A DNA stretch of 63,470 nt, filler included, from Octopus bimaculoides (Eukaryota): the NCBI RefSeq assembly GCF_001194135.2. It is 5 parts of 5 records of this genome, joined end to end, with 100 filler letters (N's around TTAATTAATTAA, not from the genome) between each part and the next. Parts side by side here need not be neighbours in the genome. Positions count along the whole stretch, not along the records: positions 27,118 to 55,859 come from NC_068994.1; positions 55,960 to 58,414 come from NW_026337977.1; positions 58,515 to 61,079 come from NW_026348892.1; positions 61,180 to 63,470 come from NC_068981.1; 1 more part is not named here. One strand, written 5' to 3'. Below are positions 52,700 through 63,470 of the stretch, piece after piece (position 1 is the stretch's first letter; the number at the start of each line of letters is the position of its first letter). A program made the translations under genes and the position numbers. The notes below the pieces were generated by a model. It did no database searches. It was given only the letters and a program-made list of their open reading frames with translations, and had not been told where the DNA came from.

Positions 52700-53932
52700 T
52701 TGGCTGACCTGTTACAGTAACGTCTCCATACATAAAACCAGTAGACACGGCTGGTCTCCTTGGTGGTGGGCACACGATGGTTGATAAACGTGATGGTGGG
52801 ACTGCGGCGACAACGACGACGACAGGGGGCAATTGGGACAGCAGCGACTACAACAATTAATATAACTGCAATGGCACCATGAATAGCTACAATAACTGTG
52901 GTTATTATATTGGTAATAGTTGTTGTAGAGGCTATGGCAGTTAGATAGCACCTACCACCACTGCTTGTCTCCTTAATAATAATGGTGGTGGTGGGCAGGA
53001 GCTGTCTAGGGAACGTAATGGTGTGTGTTGATATTGATGCTGGTCGGTGGACGGGAAGATATCTGGTGTAACGTTGAGATTAGTGGACAGATCTGTGGTG
53101 TAGTGCGAAGACGTGATTAACAAGTTAACAAGAGTTAATACTGCTGCACATACAACAATAACAGCCGCAGCAAATGCTACTGTTACGGTTGTAGTACGGT
53201 TATTCTTACAGTAAAATGTATCTTCACGCCTGGTAACGGTGATAGTAGTGGTGGTGGTGGTGGTATTGGTGCGTTGTTTCTTTCTTTTTTTTTTTTGTTT
53301 GTTCAATAGACGGATAATCGTGATGATGATGATGATGGTGGAGTGGGGGTGGGGGTTAGAGTGAAGACAAGAACAACTACAACAGCAATCAAACAATACA
53401 AACTCGCCAACAAAAAAAAAATAGATGAAAAATACCCCCACTACAACAACAATTCAGACATGCATTGCTGACCACAACCACAACAACAACGTTAACTGAC
53501 TTCCCGCTGGTATGGTGTTCGTGTTGTGTTGATAGTAGTAGTAGTAGTAGTAGCAACAGTGGTGATCTTCGCTTTCTATTGTAATAAATCCTTGCTTCTG
53601 CTTATCTGATGACAGTGGATGTTGTTATGGAAGTGTGTTTATATATACGTATATATNNNNNNNNNNNNNNNNNNNNNNNNNNNNNNNNNNNNNNNNNNNN
53701 NNNNNNNNNNNNNNNNNNNNNNNNNNNNNNNNNNNNNNNNNNNNNNNNNNNNNNNNNNNNNNNNNNNNNNNNNNNNNNNNNNNNNNNNNNNNNNNNNNNN
53801 NNNNNNNNNNNNNNNNNNNNNNNNNNNNNNNNNNNNNNNNNNNNNNNNNNNNNNNNNNNNNNNNNNNNNNNNNNNNNNNNNNNNNNNNNNNNNNNNNNNN
53901 NNNNNATTGATGCATATAATAATAGAATGTAT

Positions 53933-53975
<43 letters not shown>

Positions 53976-54249
53976 GTATATATATATATTGTACAAGAAG
54001 AGCAAGCGTATGCTATTTTTTGTGTAATATTTTTCTCTCCAGTTCTCAGCTATATTCCATTTTATCGCTCCGCCAGGGTAAAAACTGTTGTAACAGTAGT
54101 AATAATAATAATAATAATATTAGTTGTAGTAGTAGTAGGAGCAGCAATGATGGTTATAATGGTACTGCTATATTCCAGCTGGTCTGGTTTAGTTTGGTTA
54201 GGTATGATACAAGTATATGAATGTATATATATATATATATAAATATATA

Positions 54250-54288
<39 letters not shown>

Positions 54289-55859
54289 TATATAGGTTTT
54301 AAAAAAAAATACTGTGTTATGTAGCTTTGCCTTGACTCGGCTAGGCGCTTGCTTGACTGAATGTAAGAGTCGGCAGTGTCTATACTACTGCTGCTGCTGC
54401 TGTACTACTTCTAATAATCGTTATAATGGTGGTAGCAAGTAAGGGGAATGGTAAGAGTAGAGCCAGTAAGACGTGGTTGTTGATGCTACTGCTGCTGCTA
54501 CTGCTGGGCTGTTGTTGTTGTTGTTTGTGAAATGTTAATGGTGGTTGTGGAGACGGTGGTGGTAGACTGTTGGAGGAACGGGGTGAGTAGTTTTGTGAGA
54601 CGTGGTCGTTGATGTTGCTATTGCTGCTGCTGCTGGTGGTGGTGTTGTTGTCGGGGTTTTGTTAATGATGGTGGTGATGGCAGTGCGGTTGGCGTCAGTC
54701 GGAGGAGTGGTGAGAGTTAGTTTACTGTGAGACCAAGTTGTTGTTCATGCTGCTGCTGCTGTTGTTGTTGGTGGCGGCAGCGACGATGGTGGTGGTGGTG
54801 GTGGCGGTGTTGATAAGGGGTGGGAATGTTAGTGGCGACAGTTAGAGGAAAAGTGAGAGTAGATGAGTGACGATGGAGGTCGAGAGGGGGGGGTGAGTGT
54901 AATAGTCGGCTTAATGACGACGGGGGCGGTGGCGAAGAGAGAGAGACAGAGAAAGAAAGAGAAAGAAACAAACAGAGAGAGAGGGAGAGAAAGAGAGACA
55001 AAGAAATTTAGGGAGAGTTGATGTTTTACTAAAAGAGTTAGTGTTGATGGTGGCAGTGGGAGTAATAATGAAAGAGAGAGAAGGAGTGGGTATTTGAGAG
55101 AAAGGAGGAGAGAACGTATTAATGGTGGTAGGAGTAGATTGACGGTTGTGATGGTAATGGGGGGTGATAGTAATAGTATGAGCTGTAGTTGTGATAGAGG
55201 CGGAGACGGCGGTGATTATGATGATGGTGGTGGTGGAGGCGGTCAGGGGATGACGAAGAGAGTATAAGCGTTGTGAAAGACAGTGATGATGGTGGTGGTG
55301 ATGGTGATGGAGGGGAAGGTGACGACGTCAAAGGTATTGATGGCGGTGGCGTCAGAAGTCTGAATGGTGTGTGTATGGCTGTTGTGGTGGTGATGGTGGT
55401 GGTGGTGGTGGTGATGGTTGAAAAACAATCAACAGAAAGTGAGAGAGAAAGAAAGAGGTTAGACAGAAAGAAAGAAAAAGAAAACGAAGAAAAATGAGTG
55501 GAAAGGCGGTGGCGGCGGCGTGACGGCAACGGCGGCAAGATACGAAAAGAGGAGGTAAATAAAGGAAAGGGGTGAAGGAAGAGAGAGACAGAGTAAGAAG
55601 GAGGAAAGAGGGGAAAGAAAGAAAGGAAGACGATGGAAGGTGAAAAGGTAGGAAGAAGGAAATGAGGGGTAGCTAGAGAGAGAGCGCGTGAGAGAGTGAG
55701 AGAGAGTGAGAGAGAGAGAGGGGTTGAGTGGTTTGTGTAGGTGGTGGAGGTAGAAGATTAGAGAAACAGAAAATAAATAAATAAATAAACTGGCGTCTCG
55801 AGAGCTTTCTACCCGAGTGTAGGAGCCAACAGGGTGGCGTCGTTACTGGTGGAGAGAGA
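52700..55859 (-). promoter_or_regulatory. Probable 5' leader/promoter region of the I-Smad
   Basis: Lies directly upstream of the ATG and is comparatively GC-rich, with trinucleotide and GA/CT tracts. No TSS can be placed. Confidence 0.3.
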
Positions 55860-55959
55860 NNNNNNNNNNNNNNNNNNNNNNNNNNNNNNNNNNNNNNNNN
55901 NNNTTAATTAATTAANNNNNNNNNNNNNNNNNNNNNNNNNNNNNNNNNNNNNNNNNNNN

Positions 55960-57946
55960 ATTTAACATGCTCGTTCTGTATTCCTAAACATTCAAGGAAG
56001 GAACAACCAGAAAATAATGATGGAATTTCGTCAACTAGAAGACCATTTGAGGAATGCCAAAATTTCACAACACACGAACAACACCTCAGTATACCAAAAC
56101 CATATCCTCACCGTATATCGTCAAGTGAATACAGAATTTCGGTGGTAGACATGTCATATAACAGATCTGAAAGAAAAACAATTTATCCTCCTAGAAGAAT
56201 TTCTGAAAGCTATGTTTCAGCGCCCCTCAGGTGTCGGAGTGTTTCGTATTTAGAGAATAATAATAATTCAGCAGACCCAAAATCCGATCAAGTTCACGAT
56301 AATTCACGATATGTATCAGAATATCACCACAAGGTTACACCACGACGCACACACGGAGCTGCACTGAGAGTTGAGGTGCGACCTCCACGATATGTATCAG
56401 ACTATCACATGAATGTAGAGCCACATATATCCAAGCAAGACCAATCACGTTTACAGCGATATGATAATTTACGAGATTCACTGGAACTTGCTAGATCACG
56501 AGGAGTACGAAAACAACGGCACCGTCACTTCACTACACAACCCCCTTCAAGATATGCATCAGACTATCACATGAATGTAGAGCCACATATATCCNNNNNN
56601 NNNNNNNNNNNNNNNNNNNNNNNNNNNNNNNNNNNNNNNNNNNNNNNNNNNNNNNNNNNNNNNNNNNNNNNNNNNNNNNNNNNNNNNNNNNNNNNNNNNN
56701 NNNNNNNNNNNNNNNNNNNNNNNNNNNNNNNNNNNNNNNNNNNNNNNNNNNNNNNNNNNNNNNNNNNNNNNNNNNNNNNNNNNNNNNNNNNNNNNNNNNN
56801 NNNNNNNNNNNNNNNNNNNNNNNNNNNNNNNNNNNNNNNNNNNNNNNNNNNNNNNNNNNNNNNNNNNNNNNNNNNNNNNNNNNNNNNNNNNNNNNNNNNN
56901 NNNNNNNNNNNNNNNNNNNNNNNNNNNNNNNNNNNNNNNNNNNNNNNNNNNNNNNNNNNNNNNNNNNNNNNNNNNNNNNNNNNNNNNNNNNNNNNNNNNN
57001 NNNNNNNNNNNNNNNNNNNNNNNNNNNNNNNNNNNNNNNNNNNNNNNNNNNNNNNNNNNNNNNNNNNNNNNNNNNNNNNNNNNNNNNNNNNNNNNNNNNN
57101 NNNNNNNNNNNNNNNNNNNNNNNNNNNNNNNNNNNNNNNNNNNNNNNNNNNNNNNNNNNNNNNNNNNNNNNNAAACAACGGCGCTCTCCTCCCACTGCAC
57201 GACCACGGAGTTCACGATATGTACCGCGATTTGAATCTGAGGAAGACCGTTCATTATCAGAGCTATATAGACCAGTACTAGATGAACTGGAAGCTTCTTT
57301 TTTACGACGGGCACAAAAACAACAGGGTTCTCACGCCACTGCAGAACCACATACACCACAATATATATCAGAATATCACCATAGGCTTAAACCCAAACGT
57401 AAACCCCCACGTAAACCCCCACGTAGATACAAATCTATACTGAATGTTGACAGACGACCTCCACGATATGTATCAGACTATTACAGGAATGTAGAGCCAT
57501 TTGAATCCGAGGAAGACCGTTCATATTCAGAGCAACCTAGACCAACACGAGATGAATTGGAAGCTTATTTATTTCAACGGGCACCAAAACGTTGGCGCTA
57601 TCCCGCCACTGAACAACCACATAGTTCACGATATGTACCAGGGCGATCTAAAACCGATATAGAGAAATTTAGATCCAGGCGGAGTCAGGAATTTACACCG
57701 TTATACGATGCACTGGAAGAATATAACTCAATTTGGTCACCAAAACAACAGGCCTCACAGAGAGATACAGACCCATCATATCGATATCGATATTCACCGG
57801 AACGAAATTCGCGTCGTAATATCATCAAAAAGGCAGCGAAAAAATTACGAGATAAAGCACGCAAACTTTTCGGTAAATTACGTACATGGTCGCCAGACAG
57901 GTCATTCAGTCCCACGACTTTTCAAAGGTTTAGAAGAGTACGTTAA
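55960..57946 (+). CDS. Long open frame (probably a large terminal exon) of an unidentified repetitive Arg/Ser/Pro/Tyr-rich protein
   Basis: No stop from 55962 to the gap at 56595 (about 211 codons) and none from 57173 to TAA at 57946 (258 codons). The same peptide repeats (RPPRYVSDY, NVEP) occur on both sides of the gap. AATAAA at 58118-58123. No start codon or acceptor is visible. Confidence 0.7.
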
Positions 57947-58533
57947 ATAGTAGTTTACGTAGCCAAGACTGAATTTAATCCATGGAGGGACTGAGCACTT
58001 GAAATTCTGTGTGCGCCTCATACACAAGAATTACAGTTAAGGAAATATAGAAAATTAATATCTCAAATCACATCAATTGGATGTAATTGGATTTAATGTG
58101 TTAACAGAGAAATTTTTAATAAATGACTGAAAATGTCGCTTTAAAATACACGTGTCAAAATTCAATTCTTTTCCTCACACTTTCACTTGCAGTGTTCATT
58201 TTTATCTTCATTGTGGAAAGTACAATGGAGGAGGGAAGAAGGGGATAGATTACGATAAAATGACAGAAAATTACGAAAAAAGGAAAAGAAAAATATACCA
58301 TTTTAGTGGTTGCTGCTGCTCCAAAGCCATGATGAGAGTGTGTGTGTGTGGGTGGGTGGGTGGTTGGATGGGTGGAGAGATATAGATTTGAAAGACATGG
58401 ATTCTAATACATTTNNNNNNNNNNNNNNNNNNNNNNNNNNNNNNNNNNNNNNNNNNNNTTAATTAATTAANNNNNNNNNNNNNNNNNNNNNNNNNNNNNN
58501 NNNNNNNNNNNNNNATATATATATGTATGTATG

Positions 58534-58629
<96 letters not shown>

Positions 58630-59184
58630 TGTGTGTGTTGTAATTTCACAGACCGGCTAATTTTCATGGTAGGTTAAAACATCAACACTACACCAGATAG
58701 TAAGCTGTCTGATTATGCATCGTAGACAATCAACGTATTCGGCATGTTATCATGTTATCTTATGGTAGCAATGATCGAAGATGAATGCAAATTCAGAGAA
58801 AGAAATAGTAAATGAATACAATGAAATAGAAAAAAGTCAAACAATAAAAAAGAAATTATTTTTAAAGATCAGAAAAAAAAACAAAGAAAACTATAAAATG
58901 TAAAATAAAAAAACATGGCTTATGATAGCGATTTGTTTACTGAAATAGATTTGCTTTCCAATGAAATTTGGTTGACCATCCCGTAGTATTTAAATGAATA
59001 AAGCATATGCTAAGAATGACACAAAGATAGAGAATATAGATGGGTGTAAATACACACGCACACACACACGCACACGCACACGCACATTTATATGTATATT
59101 TTATATACGTATGAATGGTTATGTACTGTCAATCGTATTAAGTAACATGATTACGAAACAGCTGTAAACTTACACACACTCACA

Positions 59185-59690
59185 CTTAGATAAGTTTTGG
59201 CCAGAATTGACCGACAGCTTGGATAACTTAAAAGCACCACCTGGAAAAGATATTTAATCATGTTTCATTTTATAGCCATACTTTGAGCACCTGGCCCGTT
59301 AGAGTAAAGGGATATATCCGGGTATAGATGATCTTTTAAGGAATATGTTGAGGAATTCGACCAGGAACCGTTTGAATGTTATGGGTGTCCTTTTCTTGCT
59401 TTATGTGTCTTGGGATGATGTTAAAGAGAGCAAGGCCAGTTGAGGTGAAATAGTTCTGCCTTAGTATTGGGATGTGCTGCGAGCGAGATTTTCTCAAAGG
59501 GCGGATGGCACGGGGACCAAGCCTTGGGGGAATTTTAAAGTTAATGCCAACATCATTTAGGCAATGTTGATGGAATATTTTCGTCATAGGAATGATATAG
59601 CACTTTCAACAGAATTTGTAGGTGGAGAATAGAGTTTGAGCTTGTCGAACAGATCTCAATAATCAAAATTGTCATGTCATTTTTTTTTCT
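59185..59690 (-). mobile_element. 3' fragment of a CR1-like LINE
   Basis: NDVGINFKIPPRLGPRAIRP...NYFTSTGLALFNIIPRHIK resembles the CR1-group ORF2 C-terminus (G..LFN.LP..I). Confidence 0.65.
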
Positions 59691-60751
59691 CATCTGATTT
59701 TTGTTTTTACGTGATTGACCTTTAGGATGCTTCAATTTTTATAATACTTTATTTCGTGTGGGGAAACCGTAGCAGCAACAGCATTCAATGTGAAGATGGG
59801 TGAAGGTAGTGAAGAGAATGATAATATTAGGAGTATCCTTAGACCAGAAACTGCTTAGAAAACAGAAGCACGTTGTATGGGCCATGTCAACTTTGCTGTT
59901 CGTGTAGGTACTTCAGCTTCAGCTGTTATCGACAACTAGTACAAAATCTCTCGCGAAGTTTAATGCCACGAAGATTTCGCTAGAGGGAATCTTGTACAAT
60001 AGCTTCAGTGCCTCTTTTCCGAAGTGGTTTAGTTAAAAATTCTTCTTCTTTTAGCGGCATAGTGTCCGTTTTCGCTCATAAGATAAGAGGAAAAATCCGA
60101 TTGGAGATATGTCCGGTCTCCTACAGTGTTAACGAACTTCAGAATCTTAGTCATATGCAAAAGCCCTTATGCTGCTGTATTTGATGACATCAACGATATA
60201 TATATACATATATATATATATAATCATAAATATATAGGGATTGACAGTAACCTGATGATTATAAATGTTTTTTACCGAAGAAGGTTTTTTCATACTGAGC
60301 TACCCGGCAAAATTGTTAATTATTAATTTTATTANNNNNNNNNNNNNNNNNNNNNNNNNNNNNNNNNNNNNNNNNNNNNNNNNNNNNNNNNNNNNNNNNN
60401 NNNNNNNNNNNNNNNNNNNNNNNNNNNNNNNNNNNNNNNNNNNNNNNNNNNNNNNNNNNNNNNNNNNNNNNNNNNNNNNNNNNNNNNNNNNNNNNNNNNN
60501 NNNNNNNNNNNNNNNNNNNNNNNNNNNNNNNNNNNNNNNNNNNNNNNNNNNNNNNNNNNNNNNNNNNNNNNNNNNNNNNNNNNNNNNNNNNNNNNNNNNN
60601 NNNNNNNNNNNNNNNNNNNNNNNNNNNNNNNNNNNNNNNNNNNNNNNNNNNNNNNNNNNNNNNNNNNNNNNNNNNNNNNNNNNNNNNNNNNNNNNNNNNN
60701 NNNNNNNNNNNNNNNNNNNNNNNNNNNNNNNNNNNNNNNNNNNNNNNNNNN

Positions 60752-60790
<39 letters not shown>

Positions 60791-61680
60791 ATATATATAT
60801 ATGTGTTTGTGTGTGTGTGTGTATATATATATATACACATACATACATGCATACATACACACACATATACACATATATACATATATGTTCGCTACATATA
60901 TATGCATATGTAAAACTTAAACTTAGATAAAACTTGGACAGGTTTCACCAAGTAGTGGCCCAGAGTGTTAGGTAATGGAGTAGTCTTTTAATTCATATTA
61001 TGGGACACGTATATGTACGTATATATATACGACAACAAAACATATCGGCAGATAAAGGGCACGGCTATGGGTACGCGATNNNNNNNNNNNNNNNNNNNNN
61101 NNNNNNNNNNNNNNNNNNNNNNNTTAATTAATTAANNNNNNNNNNNNNNNNNNNNNNNNNNNNNNNNNNNNNNNNNNNNACACATCTCTCAATTTCATGC
61201 ATCCTATTTTTTCCAACTATTATCTACATGGATTACCATTGAACTTTAAAAGCTCAAAGACAATATAATGTATTGGTATATTTATTTTTTCATATATTAT
61301 TTTTTTATATACTATTTTTTACTTTTTTGTAAAAAACATTTTCATTCTCCCTCTTCTTGAAAATTTACCATACGATGAAAGCCGGTTAGAAATCCTTTTT
61401 ACACATCTATATTAAAATATGCTTTCAGTTTAGCATTATGCCTTATTATTATTTTTCATTTTCCTATTATTTCTCCACGTGCGGTTAACACAGCCCCAAC
61501 ATTTACTGACTTATACACACACATATATATATATACACACACATATATATATATATACATATATACATACATATATATATACATATACATATTACATACA
61601 TATATATACATATACATACATACATATTACATACATATTACATACATATACATACATATTACATACATATATATATACAT

Positions 61681-61719
<39 letters not shown>

Positions 61720-61769
61720 TATACATAAATTATATATATACATATATATACATACATATNNNNNNNNNN

Positions 61770-61848
<79 letters not shown>

Positions 61849-61929
61849 AATAGAAATGGATGCATGGCATTGAATCAAATAACTAATATATATATATAAT
61901 TGCATATATACACACATATGTACATATAA

Positions 61930-62165
61930 GGGTACAGGACGTCACAATATGTAAACAACATCAAATGCAAAAACAACATTGGGTATACCAAGAATGAGAG
62001 AAAGAAATGGAAAACAAGACAAGTAACATATAAAACGACCCTTCATCAATTGTTGGCTGTCCTTCTACTCCTTATTTCGAGCAAAGAACAACACAACTTT
62101 GAAAGTAGCTGCTCCTGCAAACCAAAATAAAATTTGGGATTTGCAGAGGGTCAAAGTTTGTAAGA
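61930..62165. repeat. Possible Penelope-related repeat remnant
   Basis: ACCCTTCATCAATT and ATTTCGAGC motifs resemble PLE terminal sequence; recalled similarity only. Confidence 0.3.
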
Positions 62166-62609
62166 AAAACAGGACATAGAACAAATCAAAAGAAATGAAC
62201 AGAAACAGGGAGGGCCGTCAGGCTGAGACAAGATAAGGTAGCGAACGCTACCTTTGATAAGAGAAAAGATAAGAGAGGAGACTGATAGGAATGCATCTGG
62301 ACTGTACAACAGGAAAAGAAAGATAACGCGAAGAAAGGAAAGATGGACAATGGTCATAGAGACAGAAGGATAGAAAACGGTGAAGGGGTGTAAAAAAGAA
62401 TTAGAGAAAGAATGAGAGAGAAAATGTAAGGGAGAGAGAGAGAAAAAGAGGGAACAGTAAAGGAAAGAGTCGCATTAAATAACTTACTTGGAAATGGATG
62501 TATGGTGTGCAATCAAATAATAATAATATAAATAATATATAATATATATATATGCATATATACATACACATATACATATCTATTTTTATATGTTATATAT
62601 ATATGTGGG

Positions 62610-63267
62610 ATGCAGCCAGCCAGCTGTCTACCCTGTCACCATCCTGGCACTTGGAAAGAGGTACCATGACTCATGTTGATATCCAGGTCCCTCACTGATT
62701 TAGGTTCTGGGATTGTAATCTCCTGTAGACCAGTGTACCCTGGGAGTTTTATATTCAGCTTCAGATGCTGGTAGTGCAGGGCTTGAAATTGTTTAGCACT
62801 GAACTGCATATTGTTGTCCTCAGCTCATCTGTAAACTGAGTCCAACTCCTGTTGCAGGTGTGCAACATCACTGGGATTCTGTATTTTCTGTGAGACTATC
62901 GTATCATCTGTGTAGCTAGCAAGGGTGGCTATCCGGGCAGCTGAGAGCATATCTGAGAGGGTCACTATGAAAAGCAGTGGTCCCAAGACATGCTCTATAG
63001 AACACTGCTCACTATTTGTGTTTTCTTTGAGGTGGCTCCATTGGCCACTACTGCCTGACTTCTATCTTTCAGAAAGTCACATAACCACTCTCCAAGTTTT
63101 CCAGCTATGCCAAGATCACACAGTTTGTGGCATATCATATCATGATCCACTTTATTAAAAGCTTTTGCAAAGTCAAGGTATATTACGTCCACATTTGAGT
63201 TGTTGAGTAACTGCTTCAACATCCAGTCATAGTGCTGTAAGAGCTGGGTCAGGCAGCTCCTACCTAA
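62610..63267 (-). mobile_element. CR1-like LINE reverse transcriptase fragment (pseudogenised)
   Basis: SCLTQLL...VDVIYLDFAKAFNKVDH...GIAGKLGEWLCDFLKDRSQAV, then a stop and frameshift, then VLGPLLF...ASYTDDT (YADD-type catalytic motif). Confidence 0.9.
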
Positions 63268-63396
63268 CACATGACCATACCAGTGCAGCCGTCTCTCCTG
63301 CACACTACATTTGATGCTTCTTATGCCCATCTTTTCTCTCAGGACGCTTACGCTCTGTCGTGTATGCACACTAACATTACACATACAGCAGATCAT
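63268..63396 (-). mobile_element. RTE-like LINE C-terminal fragment
   Basis: MCNVSVHTRQSVSVLREKMGIRSIKCSVQERRLHWYGHV, the RTE/BovB-type RL.W.GHV motif. Confidence 0.75.
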
Positions 63397-63424
63397 ATAT
63401 ATATAGATGGCAAATATACTTCAC

Positions 63425-63470
<46 letters not shown>

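Noticed and set aside
52035-52720. Alternative-frame and antisense ORFs over the Smad exon
   Set aside because: Shadows of the trinucleotide-rich Smad coding sequence.
55347-55362. GGCGTC-AGAA-GTCTG upstream of Smad (and GGCGCC-N6-GTCG near 13104)
   Set aside because: Spacers are 4 and 6 nt, whereas the Mad/Medea composite element requires 5.
1-63470. CRISPR arrays, rRNA, intact tRNA genes, prokaryotic operons
   Set aside because: None seen; the sequence is eukaryotic and the short repeats lack unique spacers.

Overview
AT-rich, microsatellite-saturated eukaryotic DNA with many N gaps. It is most likely Octopus (coleoid cephalopod), inferred from recalled SINE families and repeat content, not from a search. 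The only confidently identified gene is the first coding exon of the inhibitory Smad (Smad6/7, Dad-like) on the minus strand (52692-51785). I could not find its linker/MH2 exons, so most of 27118-51784 is probably intron 1. A second, unidentified long plus-strand reading frame (55960-57946, interrupted by a gap) encodes a repetitive Arg/Ser/Pro/Tyr-rich protein. The remainder is tRNA-headed SINEs, decayed LINEs (R4/Dong, RTE, CR1), Penelope-like remnants and several MITE types. Four 100-bp spacers (N44-TTAATTAATTAA-N44) are artificial joins, so linkage across them is unproven. Best leads: a Mad/Medea-type BMP activating element inside the I-Smad intron, two degenerate minimal hammerhead ribozymes with covarying stems, two GGTAAA-terminated foldback elements with telomere-like cores, the orphan repeat ORF and an in-frame RTE/CR1 junction. 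I see no clear evidence for a wholly new multi-gene system. Repeat boundaries are approximate.
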